This document shows positions 50,754-64,000 of a stretch of DNA of 64,000 bases, piece after piece; position 1 is the first letter of the stretch; the number at the start of each line of letters is the position of its first letter. Under the pieces are notes generated by a model. It was not told the DNA's origin. It did no database searches and saw only the letters and a list, made by a program, of their open reading frames with translations. This DNA comes from Eledone cirrhosa (lineage: Eukaryota): assembly GCA_964016885.1 (NCBI GenBank), contig OZ024742.1:115692001-115756000 (forward strand). Reading direction: 5' to 3'. A program made the position numbers and the translations under genes.

Positions 50754-52224
50754 TGTGTGTGTGTGCATGTGTGTGTAATCGCGTTCTCTGAATAGTCAAG
50801 TCAGTGATTATTGCGAATATTTCGACTATTGCTACTACTCATTATGTAAGTTTGTTGTATTATATCGTAATACTCTATCATTAAAACCACTTCGTACACT
50901 GTGATGTCGAGTAATATACATAGATAAATTATTTATTCACGCATATTGTTGCCTTCATATTTCAGTGATGGCTACCAGTTTTCCAAGTTGTTCATTGCTT
51001 TTTTTTTTAATTTTATTATTTTTATTTTTTTTTTGTTCTGTTTCTTTCATCTTAGTTTGCTGCCATTTTCTTATGTCATGTTGTTTCACCATTCGTTCGG
51101 CTACGTTCAGCATCACTATCATTCTCATAACCATAGATTTCCACTCACACAATCATCAGTATGAATATCATAACCATCTTCATGACTCTAACAGCCATCA
51201 CAATCACTAACATCTCTAACCCATACGTTTCGTTCTTCAATCATTTTTTTCTTTGGTCTTTATGTTCATATTTATGATTCTTTACATTCTGACGTTGATT
51301 TTTCATCATTTCTTTTGCAGAATGATGGCTGGATGTTAAACAACAATTACGTACTTTCACTCTCTGCTTTCCAATCTCTTTTTCTCAACCGATTCTGTAG
51401 ATGTCTCCCCACCTACCCTCACTACCTCAACCTATAGTTCCCTATATTACTCTTTCAATCTTTCATCTTGTTTCCCTTCAACTCCACATTTACAGCCGTT
51501 TCACCTTGCCTCTCTGTCTGTTTTACCCTGCTGTATATCTCCTTTATAATTCCCGTCAGATGGCAGTTGTGTTGATTTTCAAACTATTTTTTTCATTTTA
51601 TTGTTGTTCTCTCAGTGTTTTTACAAACCATTTTTTTTCTATTGTAGAATAGTTGCTGGCTTCATCTATTTCATTATTATATCATCGTCTAAAACTTTAC
51701 TTAAATATTTGGCTCACACGATTCATATCTCCACCTGCTTCTTTTTTACTGTCTACTTTCTCGTTTTAAAGCTCTATTTCTGTCTGAAAGTCATTCATCT
51801 TGATCACATCTAACCGTTCGGTTTTACACGTTGAATTTGACTAAGATGACTGGCTTCTGCTTAAAGATAGGAGATATAGCCAACAACTTCAACAACCAGT
51901 CATCCGCTATTGCCTTGTTTTCGGAGTTTTTGTTTTTCTACTCCATGTTCATGAACCCCAATTTACGATCAGAAAAATAGAAAACATATATATAATAAAA
52001 ACGCTGCTTTTGATAATATCGATGCGTTTCACAGAAAAACATATACATACACAGTTTCATATGTTCACACATTCATACACTATGTGCTTATGTGTCGAAG
52101 TGTATGTATTTTAGAATAGTAATATAAATGAAAACGGTAAATTTGATTGGTATACTGCATGGTGCTGCATCTAAAATCAAACAACAGACTGCTCAAAGGA
52201 ATTTCCATTTCTTGTGTGTAGCAG

Positions 52225-52345
52225 AGGTGATTATGATGACGATGATGATGATGATGTGGATAATGATAATGATGATGATGATGATGATAATGATAATAAT
52301 AACAATAATAATAGTAATAATAATAATGATAATAATATTAATAAT
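52225..52345. repeat. (GAT)n/(AAT)n microsatellite
   Basis: Direct reading. Confidence 0.92.
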
Positions 52346-53100
52346 ATGTTTTTCTTTTCGTTTTTGTTTTATTCATTGGCAACGGAATTGCTGTAAACCA
52401 AAACCAACTTCAGGGCTATACTATATTTACAATAGAAAATAAATCGTGCCGAGTTTCCACATAGCTGAACTGCAGCAAACTTTATATCCAAGTATTGCTT
52501 TTAAGGTTTGATCTCTTCAATCACATAAGTTTGTTGCTCTTAGTCGCCATCTTCTCACAAAATCCTCACAAGGACAATACTGACGTTTTTTGGTGTTGTT
52601 GTTGGTGTTGTTTCGTCGTTGCTATTGCAGGAATTAATTTTATCACCGTCGACGTTGTTGTTTTTACTACTATTTGGGTTTGTCTTTGTTTTTGTTTTTT
52701 ACTAGTTGTTCTTCCTTTAGCCACAGGTCTAACTTCACCAAGTAGTCTTATCAAATATGTTGAAGACGTATTCATCTCGCCTTGAGAAACATTACACGCA
52801 ACACTTCAAAGTCTAATTTATATTTTTCCAGGACAGTCTATTCATAGAATTTGTAGAGTATCGCCCGAGTGGCCTTGCGATATATATTCTGATTATATGC
52901 GTCGTCTTCCAAGATATAATTAATTAACCCTTAGGTGCGTTTATTGGAGTCCTTTTTGTTGCAAACATTCGCGTGATGCCTCCAAATTAAGAATACATTC
53001 TGCCACCTCTTTTTCCCTAGCTACACTGAGTAGTAAAACATTTAATGGATAATCACCTGCGTTAGCCGGGTCAACTGAATGGTGAACAAGAATTAATTAG
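52345..53100 (-). mobile_element. Probable highly decayed 3' end of a Tx1-like element
   Basis: Minus-strand EDFVRRW resembles QHFVERW at the ORF2 end of 8038-13822. AATAAA then a TTA tract in element sense. Confidence 0.4.
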
Positions 53101-53399
53101 TGGAATTAATGAGAATTGAGATCCGGCGGTTTCGATGATAAGAGAACTCGTTGCTCGATATAGAGAACAAACTGTGTCTGAAATTAATATGACTAATCTT
53201 TCAGGTAGGATTCCATTATCCGAATTCATTATGTTTCGTAAATGTGGTCCATATATTCATTAGATATATATAAAATAGCACTAATAACAAGAAAGCATTT
53301 TGATCGTCTTCAAAAAATGCTAAAACCACATATAATCTATAGTTTTGAGTTCTAAAAAACATATTTTCTGGATGTAAATCTATTCCACTTATCCCCACT

Positions 53400-56300
53400 A
53401 TGAATGAAACTTAAGGGACAGTTTGCTTCTTGGTCACGGTCGACAGGATGGAGTAGACATTGCAGCGGAGGAATTCAAAGGAAACGTGCTGGGAGAGTCA
53501 TTCCAGCACACGGTGCGCGCACTTGCGGGTAGCCATATCTATTTCGATAATAGTGAGCAGGAATATGGTACAGGGACCAAGAAAACCAGAAGTCTCCTAT
53601 GCCACATGCTCAAACACAAACCTATCAGAGAGCAGTTTGTCCTTTTCGGCCTGGTGGGCTGTGAGCATGGTCCTTTATCCGAACGCACCAGCTTGCCGCT
53701 AGATAAGGTGTCGCGACATGAGGCATACCATATAAGGGGCCTTCCCCTACGGGGCTGGAAGATTGCAATGTTGTCTAGCATTATAACGTACCCTCTGTCC
53801 AGCTGCACTGGTTGGTGCTGGCAAGGGAGGCCCATCGGATAGCTTTCATTCCCTTGTTTCTTAGAGCATTTGTCTTACCTCTACCAATGCACCTTTCGTG
53901 TTGTACATGGAAGAAATGGTATAATGCCATTCTCACCGCTAGACATCATTGGCAATGTCGCCTCTAATCACCTCGTCTAATTTAGCTACTTTCTATTGTT
54001 TTCCTATTGCTATGTATTTTCTGAAGCCTGTTGACATTAGTTTTATCTCACTCTTGAGAGACTCCCCACCACCGCTTATTGTTGTTGACCGCCCCTGTCA
54101 ACGTACACTTAACTAAAGTGGTGGCGCGGTCCCAGAAAGGTTGGCCTAAGGGGAACGACATGTTCAGCTTCCAGTAACCAGGTCCTAAACTCTGAGCTCT
54201 ATGTAGGTTGTCCATGCAGATCAGTAATCTATTATCTGTATAGGCAATATTTGGGAAAAGTGGACAACCTATCAACGGTCCTAATAACACACCTATCATT
54301 AGACGCGCTTAATATCACTTTGCGGGTGTTACCGGTCAACACTAGGGTATTAAGGAAATATTGAAGGTAACTGTCAAACAGTTGGAACTGGCTGCTGAGT
54401 TACTTGAGGCTTTTGCAACCCCCGCTCGTATCACAAATAATCAAGGAGTCCTACTAAGATACAATGCCAGGATCCTCTAAAGGGTGAGACGTTGACAGAA
54501 AAGCTTCCAGGCGCCTAAATAAATTCGCCCGGTCGGCACCTGTCGACACGTACAAGGCCACCAGCCTAACGGCACCACGTTCGCTAATGTTCACATCCAA
54601 TACCAACAAATTACCGTCTGAGTCCAGGGATATCGACTTTAGCTCGAGGTGCAGGCCTTTCCTATACACCACTGTCACCTCACATCCCATTCCCGGCAGA
54701 CTAAGAGATGAGAAGATTTCATAGTCATCGAAAATGCGGACTGGTTCGCGGGTATACGAAATATTGGTCTCGTTGACGGCTGTCACCTCAGTATCTAGTG
54801 ACTTGAGGTCATTCAGCAAGCGACCATTTTTCCAGGCCGACCCCCAGGTCATGAACACTTAAACATAATACTCTTAAGGCTGCTATGTTGCCAGGTTAAA
54901 TAAGAGAGGAAATGAGCAATTACCTTCCGGAGTTTGTGGATATTGGCTTGTTTGGGCTCAATTTCTGGATGGTGAGGTACTCATGGGGACCTTATTAAAA
55001 GTCTACTCGAGGCGTTTAACCTAGTAGATCTCAACTCGTAGGGGAAGATCTACCTTTTGTCTTCGTATTTCCAGTGGTATCCACTGCATCAAAGTGTTTG
55101 GAGCACATTGAAGGTGCAGGTGCCAAAGTGCTTCCCCTCTTTCTCAATGTCTTGGCTTCGTGTTACGAGCGCCATTAATTATTTTTTGCTCATTCCCAAA
55201 ACACCAAGCTGCATGCTTCTGTTCTTATTTGTAGTTGTGTATGTTTTCGTTTACGTTTTTGCCGTTGTGTCGGTGTTGTCATTGGTGGTTATGTTTTTGC
55301 TAATGGTTGCAGTGTTGGCGTTGGTGTTATTGTATGTGTGCTTCTGTTTGCTATGGGTATGTTTTGTGTGCTTTGTTTGTGTAAGTTTAAACATATCTTT
55401 TACATTTGTTTACGTTTTTTTTTTGTGTGTTTTCGCTGTTCCCCCTTATCTTCAAATAGAAATGAGGAGAAACTAGTGCCTGGTGGCTCTCTGACAGAGT
55501 GGAGTGGGACTGAATGTACGTGTGTGTTCGTGTTTTTCTATGTATGTGTTTGGAAAAGGTAGAGAGGGAGATTTGTTTGGGCGATTGCTTGAATGGTTTT
55601 GGAGTTCATGTTTCATGTTGTTGTTGCTGTTGTGCAAGCATTGTCGTTTACTTCAGAAACAGTGTTTTCAACAATGGATGTTTGAAGAAATCTGCAGTTT
55701 TAATCTGGTGGGGAAATGGCTCGCATATGTGTGGCTTCACCACAAATGAAACGCCTAAATCCTTATTTGGTTCGCCTTGCAGAGGACCACTGAATTATTG
55801 ATAGCAAGGGCCTCAGTTTGAAGAGCACCGAGATGCTCCTGGTTTCTTTTATCCTTGATATATCCTCGATTTCATTAATGATGCACTTCAGTGCAACCCT
55901 CATTGTCTTTGTGAGGCTTTGGGGGATTGCCCTGAAATGCATCTATACTTAAATTCTCCTCTCCGTCACTGCCATTACTTCTGCAATGATATTTAAATTC
56001 GCTCAGGTTTTCTGCCCGGTAATGAGTGTTCCCGCCTGGGTCAAATATTCTTTCTTCTCAGTCAAATCAAAATTATGGACAGAGTGAAAGCAGAATGGTT
56101 TCGTCACATTTGACGCCTTTCAGACATGTGTGATGTCACACTTCCCTGTCTATAGCGTTTGTCTCGAAGCGGCACTGTCCTCCAGTAGCACTTCCATGCC
56201 AGGACTTTTTTGCCATTTCTCCGAAGTCCACAGCTGAAAAGTTCGCGACGAGAGCGTCATCGCACATGCTTGCTGCTGTACTTCTACAGAACATTAGAGT

Positions 56301-56400
56301 GGTATTTCCCCTTACACCATTGCCCGATTGATATAAGACTGTTACCCGCTGATACCAATCTTTTTCCAGGGGTTCAGTCGGGATCATAGCATGACCTCTC
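53400..56400 (-). mobile_element. Decayed Tx1-like element with most of the RT deleted
   Basis: 54454-54858 (WGSAWKNGRLLNDLKSL...VRLVALYV...FRRLEAFLSTS) and 54048-54299 (IGCP...YTD...GYWKLN) are homologous to 10159-11472. The sequence then jumps to post-RT residues near 53840. Confidence 0.8.
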
Positions 56401-56569
56401 ACTGCAGCTCAGTCAAAGAGAAAACCTGCGGAAATACTTGTTTGAAACGCGGCCACCACACCTGTTCACAATTTAGGAATATATGGGGATGCCGTAAACA
56501 CAGTTCATGTTTGTGCATCATCTGTCCCTCCTTTCCCAGCTCTCCGACTAGATGCGAATGGGTAAGGCA

Positions 56570-59370
56570 AGAAAGTCACACGTAATAGATGACTGACGTG
56601 ACATACGCATTCGTCATCTCTGCCATTCTCTTAGTGATAACTTTCTTTTGATCCAGCCTGCTCGTTACCTAGTTCAAGTTCTTATCCACTGGAGATCTGG
56701 ATCCAACCAAAACCTGAGAAATGTCAACGGTCTGTCGAGATCAGTTGCTGTTGTGCATTGAGATGAACGAGCCCATGAATACACGACGAAAGCCTACTGC
56801 GTTCAGGACAACTGCCAGATGGTCGAGTCTATATAAAGCTTTTGATTGATTCAAATAAAATTTAAATGGATGTTTCTTATACTTGTTTGTGTCATGTCAT
56901 GAAGAAAATATAAGATATCAATATGTGCCCTTAAGAATTGAGTTCCCATAATATTTGGACCTTTGCACGAAGTATCCCAATTTTATGATTGCAAGTTACC
57001 CCTAAAATATTTCTTAAAGATGAAAGCGGCAATTGTCTCCGCATCTTGCAACGGGAAAATCATGTAACGTGACGATGACTCAGACTAGATTTCAAATATT
57101 GACAATAGCGGGGCCTACGAACAACGTTCGCTCTCTCGTTTCCTAGAACACATTTCACAACTCTGACAAGGACAATGTCATGTTTACATTGAAGATATGG
57201 CCCAGTGCTATTGTCGCTGCTAGCAGGTCAGCTGCAATGCCACTCCTAGTCGCCTCTTCTACATTAGCTACTAATTACCACTCCCTTCTATTTTCTGATC
57301 ACAATTTCTTTACTAACTATTATTGACTTTATTCTAATCACTCTCTTGAATGCCCCACACAACCTGAAGTTGATGACTGTCCCTTTGAACTGTTGCTTAA
57401 CTAATATAGCATTAGGCTTTGGGAAACGGAAACGACACGTTAAGCTTCCAGAGACAAGTCACTACTCACGTGTTCTATCTAGGTCCCCTTTGCAGAACAC
57501 GAGCTTATGGTCCGAATGGGCAAACGTTTGAAACAATGGACACCCTAACCTATTCTTATCAGTTATGTTAATCTAAAACATTTCTACATACGATCTACAT
57601 AGCATTATACGACTGTTCCATGACGTCATTGGCAATCACCTCCATAGCTAGTGATCTGTGGTCATTGAACATTTGATATTGGTTTCAGAACGACTGGAGT
57701 ACACTTTCATTTATACACTCAACTTTTTGAATTGTAATGTTGGCTGGATAGAGTTAAGGAGAAAAAGGAACCTGTTGCAGATGGAGTGTTTCGATCTCCA
57801 TATCCGTTTGGGGTACCTTTGTGATCTTCTTTAAAAGCCTTCTTGTGGCTTTTATGTTAGCGGTCCCCATGATGTGGGGGTAGTTCTCCATCATGTGTGT
57901 TATGCCTTTAGGTACATCCGTGTTAGTCGTATAATTTGGAGTTCTATGTACCCACTTCTGTTAAATTTTCCCATCTGTTTATACGAGGAACATGTTATTG
58001 ATTTGCTTTCCTCGGCAGAACAAAATGTTTGTTAGTTAGATCGTTCTTGAATTTACCTGACGGTCTACTTTGTTGCTGTTCCATGTGTTATCTTTCTCTA
58101 GCATGTTGTAATTGTTGTAGTATTGGTGGTTCTGCTAGTGGACGTTTTTGGTTCTCGAGTGTGGTGTATTTATTGGAGCTGGTGTATTGTTGGTTTCCTA
58201 GAATGTGTGTTGGTCTGCGTTGGAATGGTGCAGGTTGATTTTGGAGTTATTTATGGTTCTGTTTGATTTTTTTTTGTGGGGGGGGGGGTATAGTGCCGCT
58301 CTTCCTCGCTGCGAAGAAGGGGAGGGTTCTGTGTTTGAGTGATTTGACTCAGATGGGTGTTGTGAGCTTGTAAGAGGAGAGGGAGAGCTGAGCTGGGAAT
58401 CCCGCTGGGTCGTTTGGAATATTCCTGCTGTTGATATTGTTGTTGTTATGGTTGGTGGTGGTGATGGTGGTGATGGTGATGGAGGTGGTAGTGATGTTGC
58501 TGGGTATTGTGTTGCTCTAAATGATGCTCTAAGTGATGTTGTTGGATGTGCTGTTAGTGGTGGTAGTGTTGTTGCAATTGTTAGAGGTCCTGTTCTTGAT
58601 GTTGCTTGTGGCACCGATGTTACCTCTTTTGTTACTGTTTACTGTTGAAGCTCTTGTTGTTTTGAGGACGCTGGCTTTGGCAGCTATAAGATGGGTGCTT
58701 TCTCCTTATCGATGACACTAATGCGTTGTTGCCGTCGATGACCACACCTAGGCCCACCTCACTTGGCAGACGCACTAAATCTGGAATATTGTTAATATTA
58801 TTTGGTTTGATCTGGAGAAGTAATTCAGACTGTTGTCATCGTATGTGGTGTTGTTGTTATAGCTCATCTTGTTGTTGTTGTTGTCGTCATCGTTGTCACT
58901 GCTGCTGTTCTTTTTGTTGCCGTTGCCGTTACTTCTGCTGCTCTTTTTGTTGTTGTTGTTGTTGTTGTTGTTGCTGTCGTTGTTACTGCTGCTGCTGTTT
59001 TTGTTTTTGGTAGTGCTGGTAGTGACACTGGCCTGTTTGGAGATGTCTATGGTTGTAGTAGTGACATTGTTATTATTATTCGCCAGAGACTTTGCCTGAG
59101 TTGCTGTCATGACGAACATTATTTTGGGCAATATTTTGCCAGTCTGGCTGGATATGGAGAGGCGTGCAACCGCCATTTTAAAAACATTTGTGTACATGGA
59201 AAGAATGTTTAACTTATAATATATGAGCCTAAGGCCAAAATATTATCAGATGTCCCCTCTTGAGTGCAATCTCCGCAATCAAATCATATCACAAAATAAA
59301 AAAAATTAAATGGGTGAAAAACAAAATTTATATGACCGATTTGCAATTCGTGTCGACAAAGAGACGAATA
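56570..59370 (-). mobile_element. Second decayed Tx1-like copy (Asn/Thr/Pro-rich ORF1, ORF2 remnants)
   Basis: LNQSKAF remnant at ~56833-56855. Low-complexity ORF1-like frames 58775-59197 and 58198-58614. Preceded by TTA repeats (59373-59390) in element sense. Confidence 0.6.
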
Positions 59371-59979
59371 AAATAATAATAATAATAATGATCATAAAAA
59401 TAATATTAATGATCATAATAATATTTTAGTATACTTTCTGAAGTCAATTGATAAAGAATGTCTCTTCACGAAAGCTTTCTTGAATGAAGAACTTGATATA
59501 ATCTTATATATACCAACATCATAGCTAGAAATTAATTTAATATTTGTAAATAACCACTCGAGTCTTGGCTTCATAGTTTCTCTATAATGTACTTGGACAT
59601 ATTCGTGACTTAGCTTATTGTATTTCTGTGTAAAATCCACCCACTTCCCACACATGTTCACAATAGCGATATCGACATATTATTATTCAAATAAGTAGAG
59701 TAATGCATGAACTCATTTAAGCATGAAGAGAATACTAGAAAGATTAAATAGTCACCCTGGTTGTCTGCCAATCTACTTACGCCATTTTTCTAGATAAGAA
59801 AAGAAGCAATTGAACTATTTAACGATAGAGGAAACTCTCGGAAGACCTACTGATTTTCATGTTAAAACTATTAGTCGCATCTTCAGATTGCAATAGCGAA
59901 GGTGATAATTATCAGTTGAAACTTTGAAGATGTAACACCTTTTTGCTTCCATTTGTATGTGTAGCTATGCACGCTGTCA

Positions 59980-60264
<285 letters not shown>

Positions 60265-62794
60265 GTATATGTGTGCGTATCTGTGCGTGTGAAGGTATCT
60301 CTAATTGTGTATGTACGTGGGCGTTGTATGCATTAGTGTGTGTATAACTATATGTCGTCAATGCAATAATCTAGAGATATTCAGCAGTCAATTCTCCACA
60401 CACGCACTCGCTCAGACAAATTTCAATCATTCATCCATGTTTACTTTCACACGCGCACACTAATACTATCGCACATTCTCACTAAGGCAAAAGCACAGAC
60501 CTAATAATTGATTGTGTACCAATTCAGTCTTTTCAGCTATCAATCCAGGAGTATGTGTGTGTGTTGTGAGTAAGCTTTTAGCTCTGCGTGTGTTTGCTTG
60601 TGTGTATTTGCTTGAGTGTGAAGTTCTGTTTTTCTGTTTCTACCACTGTGTGTATTTGTGAGCGTTTCTGTGTATGCATCTTTATATAATATGCGTTTCT
60701 GATTGTGTGTATATACGCGTCTTTATGTGTATACAATAATATTTAAGTGTATAGGATTCAGACGCTGAATTCAAGTTTCCGTGAATGAAAGAATGAAGGT
60801 GTTTAATTCTGAAGATATTGACATATTTATAGATTGGTAAAATTCTTAAGCTGAACTGATATAAACGTCTAATTACCAAACTACTGGATTAGCAAATTCG
60901 TTATAAGATCAGACAAGAATCATGCTGATAATGAGTTCCATGTATTTACGTTCGGCGTTCAAACATATTATAGGCCCAATTTACTTTCAAGTATTGTTGT
61001 CGATTTAACCATCTAATATTGATGTCTCCAGGAAAAACCAGTAGACCTAGCATGTTCGAATAGCTGACAAGTTCGCCTTACATTCTTGATGTACCTCTCT
61101 GATTGTCATTTTAACATAACCTTCTTTCGAGTGGAGCATTGTGGGTGAAATAGTATAGATGAAAGCTGTTTGAAAGAAGGTTGGATAAAATGTACCTCTA
61201 AATCAAAGGTTCGCGTTCGTCATACATTTTGACACTGAATCATTCTGAATATGACGTTTAGGTGTAAATGTGTTGCTAGAAAACGCAAACATATTTCATG
61301 AGAAGATAGTTCCGTCGATTGAAGAACTCGAACAGTTATTCTCAAAACTGGCATAATCCATTGATTGTTCACTGCTGTCTCACATGTTTCTTCAAATAAG
61401 TACGACTAAACAGCATGACAAATATTCTTAGTACATCGTGCACTTCTGAGTTGGGTGCATAACAACTTTAACGACCACACATTGTTAGTGACGAACGGCG
61501 ATTCCAAGTTGCAATTGTGACGGAACACTGTACAAACGCTTTGTACCATATTTCGATGGGAGCACAACTAAGATGGATTCATCTTCTGAATATTTTAAAC
61601 TGAAGGCATCTCTCCGAGTCCAACCACTTCTGTTTATTTCCAGAGAGGAAGAGAGAATGAGAAAAGAGTTACAAATGTTCCTCAATACATGACTGGTATC
61701 TTATTTACCAACATTTAAATGATGAAAGATAATGTCGAGATCGGTCGAAGTTTAACTCAAAGAGGATAGACCCAAAACATATAGCGATAAGAATTCTATT
61801 ACATCCAAAGCTCTATCGAACCTGTCAATTCATATCTTTAAATATAAATCATTCAATTAATGAGATAAAAGCCATGTCACTCATTATCTCTAACTTAAGA
61901 AATGAAAAAAAACGCAATTTGAATTCAAAGCATAGACGAAAATATTTTGCTGTCTACTTTGGAACTATTTTAGACTGAATTGAAGATGTTGAGAGCTGGA
62001 GTTTAAATTCGTAAGTACATAGACATGTCAAAGTTTATGAACGTAATAATAGCAGTATTGATTATACCGATTTAAATTACTCTGGTCCATGAGATAGCTT
62101 GATAGAAATAACAGTAAACTCACAGGCAAATCCCAACTAACAACTTGAAAAATATGCATGAACATAACTCAACAAGAGTTTATCGAGACAATACTTCGAC
62201 TTGCTAAATATAACAAATAGTTCTTCCTCAAGAAACAAATAAAGAAAGGCGATGTACAAGACAAGTTTATGCACATGCATCTTCACCTTCATCAGCTCTC
62301 AAACCAGCAAAACGGTTTCGCACAATAGCAAGAGACGATCAGGGAGCAAGTGGGAGTAAGAAAGGAAAGAAAAAAAATGGAAGAGGAAGAAAAAAATAAT
62401 TTGCTATTTGTGACCGAGGGAAAAGAGAAATGAAATATCAGATACAGAGAGCGTGGGGGCAGCAACGAGAATGGGGGATACATAGATTTATAGATAGATC
62501 GAATATAAATGGAAAGAAAACTAATTCAAGTAAGAAGGTAAAAAAGAAAGAATAACTAGATTTGATTCTGGGACGGGAGGCCGTCTTCGGGAAGAACAAC
62601 AGATTTTGAGACAGGAGAAATACAAACCGTAGGCGATGGAGCAACACGAGAGATGGATTAATGCTACTTAATGGAGATTGCTTACCATGTTCAAGTAATG
62701 GCTACAATATCTGAAATTCAGCAATGATTATACACTGATCGATATAATTCATTGCTAAGTGAAATAATCTGAAAAAAATGTTATATTACTATTA

Positions 62795-62980
<186 letters not shown>

Positions 62981-64000
62981 ATCGTATGCCACATTTTGTA
63001 TTTTCATTATATATGTATATATATATGTGTGTGTGTGTCTGTGTAGTGTGTGTTTATACGTATGTATATACAGAGGGAAAAAGAGAGATAATCAGAAGAT
63101 TTTGCAATTACTCTAGAAGCAAAAGAATTATTAATTGTTTTTATTTGCATTATTATCTACATATACGTGTTTGATTGTTTCTGTTGCATAACGATCCATG
63201 CATGAGACGAATAGAAATAGTAGAACAGTTCAATTTCTGTGCACTGGATATAATTTACTTATTCAAAACACCTTATCGGAGATAAAACACTTTAAAGCTC
63301 TGTATGTTTGTAAGTCTATCCATATCAAGAACACCAATAGCATTGCTAAATTGAAAAGAGGAACAACAATGACGGCATTGAACGTATTTAACTTATGAAT
63401 GAAAGGATTGATATGTCATATATACTAGAATTATTTCTTATGAACAATCATACAAAACTTTGAATTTTGTGTTTTGATGCGTTAATAAATAACATGGGGA
63501 AAATCTCGTAGTTTAATGTTGATTACTGAATCTAGGAAGAGATTAAACGTATGAAAGATATCATAATAATTGTTTCTAGAATATCATTGTACATGGAAAT
63601 TCTAAATATATGTGTAAATGACAACCAGCTTTAAATGTATGAGTAATTACAGGAAAAAATGTAGCTTAGAACCCAATAGATTTTGACTGGGAAGCAACAT
63701 TCTTATTATAGCAACATGGCTGAGATATGAAATGCATTCTATTTACATGTCTGAATTTTAAAGTGGTAAAGGCAAACATATACATAAATGAATATACAAA
63801 ACACATGGTGTGTTACTATAGTTGATAGAGATCGTCGTTTTTCATGTTCGTCCTTACGATTAAATAAGCCTGTCGTCAAAGCTGTTCCAATCATAAATAT
63901 CACCCACTTCACTCGAACATTCTGTATCACAGAATGCTATCCGTTATAGCTCTTTCTCTCTTTCTCTCTTCTCTGTCTTCTACCCACCTCTTTCAAATAA

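Noticed and set aside
48790-51360. Possible host micro-exons (ttcag...gag|gtaaag at ~48797-48820; ttttgcag| at ~51320)
   Set aside because: Splice-like signals only, with no recognisable protein. RNA-seq would be needed.

Overview
AT-rich, repeat-dominated animal genomic DNA, probably cephalopod (Octopus-like, inferred from the recurrent tRNA-derived SINE and the (TA)n/(TTA)n/(CT)n load). I found no convincing host protein-coding exon. (1) 2911-18279 is a stack of eight non-LTR retrotransposon pieces in (TTA)n tracts: two R4/Dong-type (RT + restriction-like endonuclease) families, always on the minus strand, and a Tx1-like (APE + RT) family, always on the plus strand. It includes one near-full-length Tx1-like copy, one uninterrupted 863-aa R4/Dong ORF and one direct head-to-head R4/Tx1 junction. 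The 5' part of another R4/Dong copy lies at 1-1003. (2) 24.7-47.9 kb is rich in Penelope-like elements (PLEs): two degraded copies with inverted pseudo-LTRs, a GIY-YIG 3' fragment, and several short foldback palindromes in (TA)n carrying minimal hammerhead-ribozyme motifs. It also holds two related non-coding elements with ~570-600 bp head-to-tail and inverted units and conserved hairpin blocks. (3) Older relics: an RTE-type LINE, two mariner fragments, a hAT-type MITE nested in a 213-bp inverted repeat, and a decayed Tx1-like cluster at 52.3-59.4 kb, again bounded by TTA tracts. All alignments and folds were done by eye, so boundaries are approximate to a few bases (tens of bases for old relics).
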